NCBI GenBank assembly: GCA_964568715.1
Contig: CAZMQU010000004.1
Span: forward strand, 11,089 to 75,088
DNA: 64,000 nucleotides
From: an uncultured Halanaerobiales bacterium
GTDB lineage: Bacteria > Bacillota > Halanaerobiia > B1SED10-174
Direction of reading: 5' to 3'
Part shown: piece after piece, positions 1 through 9,613 of the stretch
How positions within the stretch are numbered: the first letter of the stretch is position 1
Layout of the letters: each line of letters starts with the position of its first letter
The notes under the pieces: model-generated
Seen by the model: only the letters and a program-made list of their open reading frames with translations
What the model was told of the DNA's origin: nothing
The model's database searches: none
Position numbers and translations under genes: made by a program

Positions 1-1
1 G

Positions 2-1180
2 GACGTGTACGAATCCATGGGTGATTGTGCTAAGGCCTTGGCTACCCTTAAGAAAGGGATAAAATTGGAGAGGGCTGCTTTTAATGAGGAAACAATTAAT
101 AGGATTGGTGTGCTCAAAGCACAACAAGTCCGGAGGGATAATTTGTTATATAAGGATTTGTATAATAGAATTGCCACAATCAGTCAGATTGGCCAAGCCA
201 TTACATCCACTTTTGACATAAAAAAAATCGGCGCCATAATTTATGGCTACATGAAAAAATTAATGGTAGTTAATAACCTGGTTATTGGATTATTTGTCCC
301 CGATGAAAGGGAGATAATCTATAAAATATTTATTGAAAATGGCGAGTTAAGGCCGGAATTTTCTGTAAAGCCAGCCAATGGTTTTGCTTTGAATCTGGAC
401 AACAGTTTAGACGAGGCGGAAGCAATTATTGTTAACCGACTAAACGAAAATGAGAATATAAAGGATAATTTGATGAATTTGGGGATTCTAAAGGGAAGTA
501 CGGTTAAATCTCTGCTGGTTTGTCCATTGATTGCCAGAAATAAATCCCTAGGTATTCTTGCTGTGGAAAGTGAGGAAAATGATTCTTATTCAAGTTATCA
601 TATAGGTGTTATAAAAGCCTTGGCAGCCTATCTAGCTATAGCAGTAGAAAATGAGAAACTCTTTTCAAATCTTAGTCTTATTGCCAGGACCGATTCCCTG
701 ACGAAGTTGGCAAACCGCAGGCGTACTTTTGAAGAAGTAGCCAAAGAGTTTGACAGATATAAGAGATACAAGCAACCTTTTGCGGTAATCATGGCTGATA
801 TTGATAAGTTCAAAATGGTTAATGATAAATACGGCCATGGGGTGGGAGATACGGTTTTAAGAAATACGGCTCAAATTTTTGAAGAGGGTACAAGGACGGT
901 GGATCTTGTTGGACGAATAGGTGGGGAGGAGTTTTTGTTGTTATTGCGCAACACCGGTATCACTGAAGCTGCCTCAATGGCGGAACGAATAAGGAAGAAG
1001 GTTGCCCAAAGAGGCCTTGCCAAAGTTGAGGGTAAGGACATAATGATAACAATTAGCTTTGGTGTCGCCCAGGCAATGGCTTCAGACAACAATTTTTATT
1101 CAACAATTAAAAGAGCCGACCGGGCTCTTTATAAAGTAAAAGCACATGGAGGCAACGCCGTTGGGCAAGCCTCAATTTAA
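2..1180 (+). CDS. GAF-GGDEF diguanylate cyclase, 5'-truncated at the window start (C-terminal GAF + GGDEF portion)
   Basis: The ORF is open from base 2 in frame with ORF 5..1180. The first residues (DVYESMGDCAKALATLKK) align to the internal TPR-to-GAF linker of the paralog at 4398..6542 (VYDMIGDCENAYKKLKEYKK). It has the GGDEF active-site motif RIGGEEFLLLL and the RYKRYKQPFAVIMADIDKFKMVND motif typical of GGDEF domains. Confidence 0.8.
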   Translation, partial: DVYESMGDCAKALATLKKGIKLERAAFNEETINRIGVLKAQQVRRDNLLYKDLYNRIATISQIGQAITSTFDIKKIGAIIYGYMKKLMVVNNLVIGLFVPDEREIIYKIFIENGELRPEFSVKPANGFALNLDNSLDEAEAIIVNRLNENENIKDNLMNLGILKGSTVKSLLVCPLIARNKSLGILAVESEENDSYSSYHIGVIKALAAYLAIAVENEKLFSNLSLIARTDSLTKLANRRRTFEEVAKEFDRYKRYKQPFAVIMADIDKFKMVNDKYGHGVGDTVLRNTAQIFEEGTRTVDLVGRIGGEEFLLLLRNTGITEAASMAERIRKKVAQRGLAKVEGKDIMITISFGVAQAMASDNNFYSTIKRADRALYKVKAHGGNAVGQASI

Positions 1181-1277
1181 ACACCAATTTAAATTTACAT
1201 GAATTTTAAAATAGCGTAAACATATTGTTTACCGACGAGGTTTTTGGCGGAAAGATATAAATTAAATATTTGAAAGA

Positions 1278-1922
1278 TTAAGTTTTGAGGACAGGAAATA
1301 TTTTTAGGGCAGATATAAAAAATTTTAACCCAAAGCCACACAAGCAACAGCCTAGGATGATAATTATTCTCTTATATACTTTTGGGTTGATAAAAGCCCG
1401 TGTTTTACCAACTAAAGCAGAAATGAAGACATACCAAGTTATATCAGCGGTAATATGGCCTAAATAAACTAAAGCAATACCAAGAAAGCCCATATATTTA
1501 TAGGCATTCATAATCAGCCCCAAACCGATGGTGGCCCACCAAACCAAGAAATAAGGATTGGATGCACTTAGCAAGGCGCCACCGGTAAGGAGGCTACCAT
1601 AGCGGATTTCACTTTCCTCTTCTAAATCAATGTCAATTTTATTCAGCAAACTTTCTTTAATCATGTTGATACCAAGAAATATTAAAACTGTTCCCCCCAA
1701 TATGCTGATTATTAGCTGGACAAGGGGAGAACTAAGGTAATTGCCAATCCCAAAAAAAATTAATATAACCAGAACCATTTCTAAAAAGGCATGGCCTATT
1801 GAGATGATTAAGCCGGATTTTGCACCAAATTTTATACCCTTATTTAAAGTGTATGTAAGTAAAGAGCCGGGCATTATTGCACCCGAATAACCAATTAGTA
1901 ATGCTTGAAGAAATATTTCCAT
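1278..1922 (-). CDS. LysE/RhtB-type translocator-like membrane protein (amino-acid exporter family)
   Basis: 214 aa with about 6 predicted TM segments. It has an N-terminal FLQALLIGYSGAIMPGS motif resembling the LysE-family N-terminus. There are no soluble domains. Confidence 0.55.
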   Translation of the reverse strand: MEIFLQALLIGYSGAIMPGSLLTYTLNKGIKFGAKSGLIISIGHAFLEMVLVILIFFGIGNYLSSPLVQLIISILGGTVLIFLGINMIKESLLNKIDIDLEEESEIRYGSLLTGGALLSASNPYFLVWWATIGLGLIMNAYKYMGFLGIALVYLGHITADITWYVFISALVGKTRAFINPKVYKRIIIILGCCLCGFGLKFFISALKIFPVLKT

Positions 1923-2063
1923 CCTATGACCGCCTCTCGTAGAAAGTTACCCTTGTTATTCATTGTAACAAAACTGTGCAAGAAAAGCTATAATATTTGA
2001 CAAGAGGTCTGTTATAGGCGTGGATTCCTCGGATAGTCCCGGGGTATTTTTTTTGTAAAATGC

Positions 2064-2091
2064 TTGACAAACATTACTTTAATGCTATAAT
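2064..2091 (+). promoter_or_regulatory. Sigma-A-type promoter (TTGACA-16-TATAAT) for the GntR-ABC operon
   Basis: The -35 hexamer TTGACA is at 2064-2069 and the -10 hexamer TATAAT at 2086-2091, with a 16-nt spacer. A GTGGTCCAC palindrome at 2104-2112 lies just downstream of the predicted start site and is a candidate autoregulatory operator. Confidence 0.55.
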
Positions 2092-2137
2092 AATAGTGTG
2101 GTGGTCCACTAATACACACGAGGAGGTGAGGATAGAT

Positions 2138-2512
2138 TTGTGTTTGGAAATAGATGAAAGAAGACCAATTTATAGACAGATTATGGAGGCTTTTATTCGG
2201 CAGATTGCTTGTGGTCGCTGGTCGCCGGGGGAGAAGTTACCGGCTATCCGTGAAGTTGCTACCAAGATTAATGTTAATTCCAACACTGTTGCACGGGCTT
2301 TTCAAGAGTTGGAAAGAACCGGTTTAACGGAGGCCAGGCGTGGCGAGGGCACCTTTGTTACTAATAATTTGGAAAAAATTAAGGCGTGGCGGGATAAAAC
2401 AGCAATGGAATTGTGGGATGAATTTTTTACCAAGATGTCTGAATTGGGATTCAGCGATCAGGAAATAGTCTGTTTTGTGTCAAAATTGAAGGGGGATCGT
2501 TTTAATGGGTAA
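2138..2512 (+). CDS. GntR-family (YtrA-like short) transcriptional regulator
   Basis: It has a winged-HTH signature: LPAIREVATKINVNSNTVARAFQELERTGLTEARRGEGTFV. The ATG at 2060 overlaps the -35 element, so I chose the TTG at 2138, which has an AGGAGG 11 nt upstream (a GTG at 2126 is an alternative). A short GntR followed by an ABC ATPase and a permease is the YtrA-type arrangement. Confidence 0.7.
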   Translation: MCLEIDERRPIYRQIMEAFIRQIACGRWSPGEKLPAIREVATKINVNSNTVARAFQELERTGLTEARRGEGTFVTNNLEKIKAWRDKTAMELWDEFFTKMSELGFSDQEIVCFVSKLKGDRFNG

Positions 2513-3206
2513 TCCAGTTGTTGTTTTGGAGAATATTGAGAAAAGATATGGATTTGTTAAGGCTTTGAAACAAATTAACCTTACCGTAGAAGAAGGAAAA
2601 ATTATTGGTTTGTTGGGCCATAATGGCAGCGGCAAGACAACTATGATGAAAATTATTGCCGGTTTAAAATATCCCACTACCGGTAAGGTACAAGTATTTG
2701 GAATGAAACCTAGTGCCAAAACCAAAAAGAGAATTTATTTTGCTTCGGAGATTAACATATATTATGAGTGGATGACTCTGGCTGAATTGCTCCGTTTTGT
2801 TAAATCCTTCCACCAGGATTTGGACTTGGCCAAAGCGGCTGAATTGTTGAATTTTATGAACTTAACGGATACTCAAAAGATAGGGACATTGTCGAGAGGG
2901 CAAAAGGCCAGATTGAAGCTTGTTGTTGGTTTGGCCCGCCAAGCCGATCTAATGCTTCTGGATGAGCCTTTGGCCGGTATCGATCCGCCCTCCCGGACCA
3001 AAATACTGAAAGCTTTGGTGGGTGATTGGCGCAAACCGGAGCAAACGGTTGTTATTACTACCCATGAAGTCAAGGAAGCTGAACCAATCTTTGACCATGT
3101 AATATTTTTGCGTGAAGGGCAAAAGGTTTTAGAGGGTGATGCTGAAACACTTCGAGGTGAGAGAGGTTGTTCCATGGTTGAGTTGTTTGAGGAGGTGCTG
3201 GAATGA
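2505..3206 (+). CDS. ABC transporter ATP-binding protein
   Basis: Walker A motif GHNGSGKTT, ABC signature LSRGQKARL, and Walker B motif LMLLDEP. Its start overlaps the GntR stop. Confidence 0.9.
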   Translation: MGNPVVVLENIEKRYGFVKALKQINLTVEEGKIIGLLGHNGSGKTTMMKIIAGLKYPTTGKVQVFGMKPSAKTKKRIYFASEINIYYEWMTLAELLRFVKSFHQDLDLAKAAELLNFMNLTDTQKIGTLSRGQKARLKLVVGLARQADLMLLDEPLAGIDPPSRTKILKALVGDWRKPEQTVVITTHEVKEAEPIFDHVIFLREGQKVLEGDAETLRGERGCSMVELFEEVLE

Positions 3207-3982
3207 AAATATTTTTTTCCTTGTATGGTAAAGAATTAAAGGGTATGCGGACGGTATTTTTGCTTGTCGTAATAGCGATTATTTGCATAGATGGCTTTAT
3301 GATTAGCAAAACCAAAGCATGGGGATACGAGAATGTATTTATCTTGACTATTGTTTCTTCCCTTTTTATTTTCTTATGGTCTTGCCTTCGCACTTTTTTA
3401 CTTATCAGATCCGAGTGGAAAGAACAGACGATGACTTTCTTAAAGTCATTACCTGTGACCGGTTGGCACATTATCGGAACAAAAATGTTGGCTGCCCTTA
3501 CCGAATGGGCTTTTCTGACGACTATTGCGTTAGCGATAACAGGTCTATATTATGCTTCAGCACCCTTATTGGGCGAAGAATATTTGGAAATTGGTAATCT
3601 TTTGACGATATTGCCCTTGCCAAATCTCTTGGTCTTGATTATTTGTACGGTTATCTGCATTTCTTTTGTTCTTTCAATCTTTGGGATGACGGTGCAATTA
3701 GGTTACTTGTTAGGGGAAGCTGTACAACGTTTCAAAGGCTTAATCCAGACTGTTGCCCCGGTTTTGTTGGTTTATTTCCTAATTCGGGTGAGCGAAATTT
3801 TGGGTTCTCTCTTATCGTTTATGCCCTACTTGTCTATCGATCCTTTATCATTCATTGGAGCTTCGAATTTGCTTGAGGGTTGCATATATGTTCCCCTGTC
3901 TTTGTTTTTAATACTGATTGTTTTATTTGCACCAATGCTATATTTAACCGGTTGGGTCTTGGAAAAAAAGGCTGAGGCATAG
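3203..3982 (+). CDS. ABC-2-type permease-like integral membrane protein
   Basis: 259 aa with about 6 TM helices. It is translationally coupled to the upstream ATPase through an ATGA overlap. Confidence 0.6.
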   Translation: MKIFFSLYGKELKGMRTVFLLVVIAIICIDGFMISKTKAWGYENVFILTIVSSLFIFLWSCLRTFLLIRSEWKEQTMTFLKSLPVTGWHIIGTKMLAALTEWAFLTTIALAITGLYYASAPLLGEEYLEIGNLLTILPLPNLLVLIICTVICISFVLSIFGMTVQLGYLLGEAVQRFKGLIQTVAPVLLVYFLIRVSEILGSLLSFMPYLSIDPLSFIGASNLLEGCIYVPLSLFLILIVLFAPMLYLTGWVLEKKAEA

Positions 3983-4109
3983 TTTTTTTCCGGATTCTAA
4001 AGAGGGTTAAGAATGGTATAATAAGTACTATCCTTATTGGTAAGTTGATAGTAGCTACATTGGCTGGATATCGTACAGCCTGATTCTATTGAAAATACTT
4101 ATTATCGCT

Positions 4110-4136
4110 AGGATCATTTCATTTTGAAATGATCCT
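4110..4136. repeat. Perfect inverted repeat (12-nt arms, 3-nt loop): AGGATCATTTCA-TTT-TGAAATGATCCT. Possible weak terminator or operator.
   Basis: Seen directly in the sequence. It is followed by TTTAAAATG, which is not a clean U-tract. It lies in the 415-bp intergenic region between the permease and the GGDEF gene. Confidence 0.35.
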
Positions 4137-4397
4137 TTAAAATGTACATGATTTCGAAATTCCAAAATTGAAAACTTTAAAAAATCATGAATTTAGCCGA
4201 TAAATAGGGCAAAAGAGACTAAATCAACTTAATCGAAAAGGATTTCCTTGTCTTTCCGGGGAAATTAGTACTTGGTCAAGGAATTTTTAGGACAGAAAAA
4301 GAAGATTTATAAAGACATTGCTTGTGGGGATCATTACAGCAAAAAACGAATCATTTAAAGTGCAATCCAATGAAAATTATGAAAGGAGGGAGAAAAG

Positions 4398-6542
4398 ATG
4401 GGTATGCAAAACATTTTTTTCTCCGATGACAATTGCCAGTTCAATCCCCCAAAGGATCCGACTATTTGTCAACAAAAAAAATTATTGGCAGAGGCAACAA
4501 ATATAGAAGCCAAGGTAGATATTCTATTGAGATTTTGGGTGGCCAATCGAGGCAAATATGTTGATTTTACAAGGAAGGTTGCGGAAAATATTGTCGAGGA
4601 GGCCAAGGATACAAATAACCATTACGCTCTTGGTTGGGGATATTTTATTCACGCTTGGTTAAAGCTGGACTTTGACCATTACAACGACAGTTTTCAATAT
4701 TTTAAGGCTGCAGAAGCTGAATTTGACAAGTGTGGAAATATTAAGGCGCAAGCCCGGGTAATGAATGGCATGGGAACAGCTTATCGATATTCCGGATATT
4801 TTGATAAGGCCTTGGAGCAATACTTACTGGGCTTGGAGTTGGCGGAAGAAGTAGGGGACGGCGAAATGATAGGGACACTTGGATTAAATATCGGAACCCT
4901 TCTTATTGATTTAAAGCAGTACGATGAGGCGGTACGGTATTTTAAGAAAACACAATTTTCTGATGAAATCAGTTCCATTAATAGGGCTATAGCAATACGC
5001 AATATGGGCAAAGCGCATAGATGCATGGGTGATTTAGATACGGCCGAGAAATATCTTAAGGAAGCTTTAAATCTGTGTGAAGTGTCAAACTATACCCATT
5101 TGAATATTTATTGTTATTTGGAGATGGGCTATTTGCGACAGTTTCAAAATAGGCTGGAGGAGGCTAAGGATTTATTTAAAAAAACAGTGGAACTGGCCTC
5201 CGATCAAGATATGTTAAAGGTTGAAGCTTCCGCCCTTTTGCAATTGGGGATCCTAAAAAAGCTTGAGGGTTATCCCCACAGGGCTTTGGAGAAACTACAA
5301 AGGGCTTTGGATATATTTGAAGAAATTGGTTCCAGGAACAATAAAGCCAGGACCTTAAGAGCTATTTCCAAGGTATACGATATGATTGGCGATTGTGAAA
5401 ATGCTTATAAAAAACTAAAGGAATACAAGAAGTTGGAGAGTGATGTATTTAATGAGGAGACAGTCAATAGGATAGGGGTTCTTAAGGTTCAACAGGCTCG
5501 CCGGGAAGATATCATTTATAAGGATCTTTACAACAGGATTAATACAATCAGCCAAATCGGTCAAGCCATAACTTCGACTTTCAATATCAAAGAAATTGGT
5601 AACATCGTTTATAAACATATCAAAAATTTGATGAAGGCCGACAACCTAGCTGTGGGTCTTTTCTCTGAGTCCCAAAAGGAAATTATCTACCGGATTTTCA
5701 TAAAAGACGGCGAATACATGTATGATTTGGTTTTGCCTATAGAGGAAAACAATAAGCTTGAGGGCAGATGTATAGAGAATAAAGAGGGATTCATTATTAA
5801 CGACCTGACGGACCGCCCAGATTATTTTGAAGGACGGGAAAAGTGGGGCAGTGTTTTTGCTGACAAGAATATCAGGTCCATAGTTTGTAGCCCCTTATCT
5901 TTGCGAGGAAACATGGTGGGTCTGATTACTGTTGAAAGTACCGAAAAAGATGCTTATTTACCTCACCATGCCGATATTCTAAGAGCCCTGGCAGCCTATA
6001 CGGCAATTGCTTTGGAAAATGAAAAATTGTTTTCACATGTTAATGCATTGGCTACAACTGATCCGCTTACCGGCTTGATAAATCGTCGGAGCATATTTAT
6101 TAAGGCAGATGAAGAATTTTCCCGTTACAAGAGATACAAGGAACCCCTGTCAATTGTTATGATAGACATTGATAAATTTAAAACAATCAATGATACTTAT
6201 GGACATCCTGTCGGGGATGCTGTCCTAATAAAGGTTGCAGAGGCTTTTGGGGCTGCAATCCGCAATACTGATGCCCTAGGACGTATCGGAGGCGATGAGT
6301 TTCTGTTGCTTTTGCCCAATACTGATTTGGAGGGGGCAATGGCAGTTGCAAAGAGGGTCCATGAGGCGGTTTTAAAAAAGCCTTATAATATTGAAGGGCA
6401 AGAGATTAGTATAAAAACCAGTTTGGGGGTGGCAGAACCTAACTTGACCGATACCAGCATTGCTGACGCTATAAAAAGGGCCGATTTTGCCCTTTATGAA
6501 GCTAAGGAAGCAGGTGGGAATACGATAAAAAAAGCCAAGTAG
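4398..6542 (+). CDS. TPR-repeat / GAF / GGDEF diguanylate cyclase
   Basis: 714 aa. The N-terminal half is TPR-like. The C-terminal region has a GAF-like segment and GGDEF motifs RIGGDEFLLLL and RYKRYKEPLSIVMIDIDKFKTIND. It is a paralog of the truncated gene at 2..1180. Confidence 0.85.
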   Translation: MGMQNIFFSDDNCQFNPPKDPTICQQKKLLAEATNIEAKVDILLRFWVANRGKYVDFTRKVAENIVEEAKDTNNHYALGWGYFIHAWLKLDFDHYNDSFQYFKAAEAEFDKCGNIKAQARVMNGMGTAYRYSGYFDKALEQYLLGLELAEEVGDGEMIGTLGLNIGTLLIDLKQYDEAVRYFKKTQFSDEISSINRAIAIRNMGKAHRCMGDLDTAEKYLKEALNLCEVSNYTHLNIYCYLEMGYLRQFQNRLEEAKDLFKKTVELASDQDMLKVEASALLQLGILKKLEGYPHRALEKLQRALDIFEEIGSRNNKARTLRAISKVYDMIGDCENAYKKLKEYKKLESDVFNEETVNRIGVLKVQQARREDIIYKDLYNRINTISQIGQAITSTFNIKEIGNIVYKHIKNLMKADNLAVGLFSESQKEIIYRIFIKDGEYMYDLVLPIEENNKLEGRCIENKEGFIINDLTDRPDYFEGREKWGSVFADKNIRSIVCSPLSLRGNMVGLITVESTEKDAYLPHHADILRALAAYTAIALENEKLFSHVNALATTDPLTGLINRRSIFIKADEEFSRYKRYKEPLSIVMIDIDKFKTINDTYGHPVGDAVLIKVAEAFGAAIRNTDALGRIGGDEFLLLLPNTDLEGAMAVAKRVHEAVLKKPYNIEGQEISIKTSLGVAEPNLTDTSIADAIKRADFALYEAKEAGGNTIKKAK

Positions 6543-6966
6543 ACGAAGGTGAATATTGGCAAACAAATAACTGAACGGCAAGATTTAATTTTGCTTCCGG
6601 CCATCAGGTTGGAAGCTTTGGAATTGTTTCGGCTAAATTCCATGCTCAGTCATAAAAAGATATTATGCCAACTACTAAGTTTTTCCAAGGGTACCGCCAA
6701 TGGGTTAAAGGATTTAGGAAGGGGAGTTCTGAAAAAATGCCCATTCGAAGGGTATTTTTAGATAGTTTTCAGTTGATAACTAGTCAGCTTTGGGTAAAGA
6801 TGCAAGAGCAAATATATAATTGGGGAAATTCAAACATTAGTAAGAGAATGCGCTGGTCAATAAAAAAAAATCTTACAAGGGTGTTTTTAATGATATAATG
6901 AACTTGTACCCATTTAAATTCGCACAAGGGGAAAAAATATATACTCAGTAAGGCGGTATAACAAAG

Positions 6967-8370
6967 ATGGAAAAAAATAAGAAGACAGAGATTATTTTAA
7001 AGGGCAATATTTACAAGGTACTTATTACACTCTCTATACCGATTATTATCAACAGTCTTATCCAAACGCTTTATAATTTGGCAGATGGCATATGGGTCAG
7101 CAAGATTTCTTCCGTTCACTTTGCAGCAACAGCTTTTGTCTGGCCGATAAATTTTCTTTTCATTTCTTTGGGAATCGGCCTGTCTATTGCAGGAACCTCC
7201 CTTTTGTCTCAGCTGGTTGGGGCCGGACAGTTGGATAGGGCAAAAAAATATTTTACTCAATTGATGGCTATTACCATTTTGAGCTCAATTGCTTTTACGG
7301 TTATCGGTTTTATCATTTGCCCCTTTATAATAAAACTAATGGGTGCAAAGGGAGATTTGGCGGTCTTGGGTACCCTTTACTTGCGGATTACTTTTTTAGA
7401 TCTGCCTTTTATGTTTTTGTTTTTCAATATTAATTCAACCATGCATGCCCAAGGTGATACTATTACTCCAATGATTCTAAGCGGAATTTCTGCAATTCTT
7501 AATATTATTCTCGATCCGGTTTTCATCTTTACTTTGGATATGGGTATTGCAGGTGCCGCCTGGGCAACCCTGATTTCCCGTGCCCTTTTGGCCGGTGCCG
7601 GTTTGGTATTGTTGTTTGGAGAGAAAAATAAGATTAAACCCAATTTCAAGGGATTTCGTTTTGATAAAGGGATTGGCAAAGAAATCTTGCAAGTCGGTTT
7701 GCCCTCGACCATTGGGCAGTCCGGTGCTTCCTTAGGTTTTATAGTTTTAAATGGTTTTATCGGATCCTACGGAACCGCTACAATTGCTGCCTATGCTATG
7801 GTTAACAGGATAACGTCTTTGATAATGCAGCCTGCCATGGGTATTGGGACTGCTTTGACTACCATGGTTGGCCAAAATATTGGTGCCGATCAAATGGACC
7901 GGGTAAAGGAGTCATTTTTCAAAGCCCTGCAGTTTACAATCTTAATCGGCCTCATTGGTTGTATACTTTTAATAGTATTTGATAAGCCCATTATCAATTT
8001 CTTTATTCAATCGGAGGATGACCCTTCGGTTATAGAATTGGCACTGACTTATTTATTTTATATATCCTTGTCCTTGCCTTTGATGGGAATTTTTAATGCC
8101 TTCAAGGGTCTTTTCCAAGGTACCGGCCATACTAAATACTCAATGTCCATGGAAGTTGGAAGATTGTGGTTTGTTCGATTGCCCATGATATTATTTTTTA
8201 AACATTTAACCAATTGGGGTTCTACCGGAATTTGGTTTTCCATGAGTTTTAGCAACCTTGTAATCTGTGTCTATGGTTATATAATCTATAGGGGTAAAGG
8301 CTGGCAACGCAGGATAATAAAATCGCAGACAAGGGAGTCTGAGAAAACTTTGAACTTGGCCAAAAATTGA
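6967..8370 (+). CDS. MATE-family multidrug/sodium efflux transporter
   Basis: 467 aa with about 12 TM helices. The overall pattern is MATE (NorM/DinF-like). A candidate extended -10 promoter lies just upstream (TGATATAAT at about 6886-6896). Confidence 0.8.
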   Translation: MEKNKKTEIILKGNIYKVLITLSIPIIINSLIQTLYNLADGIWVSKISSVHFAATAFVWPINFLFISLGIGLSIAGTSLLSQLVGAGQLDRAKKYFTQLMAITILSSIAFTVIGFIICPFIIKLMGAKGDLAVLGTLYLRITFLDLPFMFLFFNINSTMHAQGDTITPMILSGISAILNIILDPVFIFTLDMGIAGAAWATLISRALLAGAGLVLLFGEKNKIKPNFKGFRFDKGIGKEILQVGLPSTIGQSGASLGFIVLNGFIGSYGTATIAAYAMVNRITSLIMQPAMGIGTALTTMVGQNIGADQMDRVKESFFKALQFTILIGLIGCILLIVFDKPIINFFIQSEDDPSVIELALTYLFYISLSLPLMGIFNAFKGLFQGTGHTKYSMSMEVGRLWFVRLPMILFFKHLTNWGSTGIWFSMSFSNLVICVYGYIIYRGKGWQRRIIKSQTRESEKTLNLAKN

Positions 8371-8555
8371 AGGACAGCTTTTGTATCACTTGCTTGTCTA
8401 AATTTTGGCCATGGTACATATGAGAAAAGCCTAATTTATCTAAAGGAGCTGGTAGATTTAAAAAAAGCATGGATTATCTAAAGGAGTAGGATTTTTTTTT
8501 GGAAAGACATGTTTACTAAAAGGAGGAGAGAAAAATAAAAATAGCGGCTATTATT

Positions 8556-9584
8556 TTGATTATTGCTTTGGTAATACCTTTCCCGGGGATTGTATTTCTT
8601 TATAACCAGCAATTTGGCTCAAGAATTGATCTGGAGGATTCACCCTTGAATCTCACCATTGAGGATTATAAGGACTTAACAAGGAAGCCCATTTCTTTTA
8701 AATCCGATAAGGACCAAACTTTGCGGGGTTATCTCTATCAAAGCAAAAAGATAAACGAGGACCCTTTGGGATTAATTATATTTTCCCACGGTTTGGGTGG
8801 GGGGCACGAAGAATATATGGAGGTTCTTAATTATTTTGCCCAAGGAGGTTTTTTGGTGTTGGGTTTTGATAATACAGGAACTTATCATAGCGACGGTGAC
8901 AGTCTCGTCGGTTTGTCCCAGGCCACCATCGATTTGGCAGCAGCCATTGACTTTGTAGAAAATAATGATGACTTGTGTTCCTTACCTCGTCTTGTTTGTG
9001 GCCACAGTATGGGTGGTTACTCCTCCTGTGCTGTTCTCAACTACGAAGTTGCAGTTGACGGAGTTGCCACCTTTGCCGGCTTTAATCGACCCCAAGATAT
9101 AATCTTGGATGTGGGAATACAAAATTTTGGTAGTTGGGTAAAAATTGTTTTACCCTACATCACAGCCTATGAGTATTCAAAATTCGGCAGAGTCGCAAGA
9201 TATTTGGCGTCGGAGGGCATAGACAAGTCCGCAGCCAGGGTTTTTGTAATTCACGGCGATTGTGATGATATGATCAGCCTGGATAGCAGCATTTACCGCC
9301 ACTATGCCGAAGGCTCCCACCCTCGGGTGGAAGCTAAGTTGGTTGTTGACGGGGCCCATGATCTGATGTTTGGATCGGGAGCCTTCGATTACTGGCGGTC
9401 CAAGTACCACGAACTTTATGAACTGGTAGAATGCTATGGGGGGGAAGAAGACGTACCTTCTTCCGAAATGGCAGCTTTTAAAAAGTCGGTGGATCGCGAA
9501 ATGTTGCGTCCGGTGTTGAATTTTGAATTGTTGGACGAAGTCCTTGCATTTTTTAAAACAGTTGTTGAGGAACTTGCCGGTTAA
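8556..9584 (+). CDS. Alpha/beta-fold hydrolase (serine hydrolase, GxSxG)
   Basis: Nucleophile elbow GHSMGGY, an HGLGGGHEEY oxyanion region, and Asp (IHGDCDD) and His (DGAHD) candidates for the triad. The N-terminus is hydrophobic. The TTG start is uncertain because it is far from the RBS at 8517-8528. Confidence 0.7.
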   Translation: MIIALVIPFPGIVFLYNQQFGSRIDLEDSPLNLTIEDYKDLTRKPISFKSDKDQTLRGYLYQSKKINEDPLGLIIFSHGLGGGHEEYMEVLNYFAQGGFLVLGFDNTGTYHSDGDSLVGLSQATIDLAAAIDFVENNDDLCSLPRLVCGHSMGGYSSCAVLNYEVAVDGVATFAGFNRPQDIILDVGIQNFGSWVKIVLPYITAYEYSKFGRVARYLASEGIDKSAARVFVIHGDCDDMISLDSSIYRHYAEGSHPRVEAKLVVDGAHDLMFGSGAFDYWRSKYHELYELVECYGGEEDVPSSEMAAFKKSVDREMLRPVLNFELLDEVLAFFKTVVEELAG

Positions 9585-9613
9585 GGAGGTTGCCAGACTT
9601 AGCAAGCATAGTT

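Noticed and set aside
2060-2137. ATG at 2060 as the start of the GntR regulator (ORF-track start)
   Set aside because: This ATG overlaps the -35 hexamer of a near-consensus promoter. The N-terminal 26 aa (MLDKHYFNAIIIVWWSTNTHEEVRID) are non-homologous to GntR N-termini. An RBS precedes the TTG at 2138 instead.
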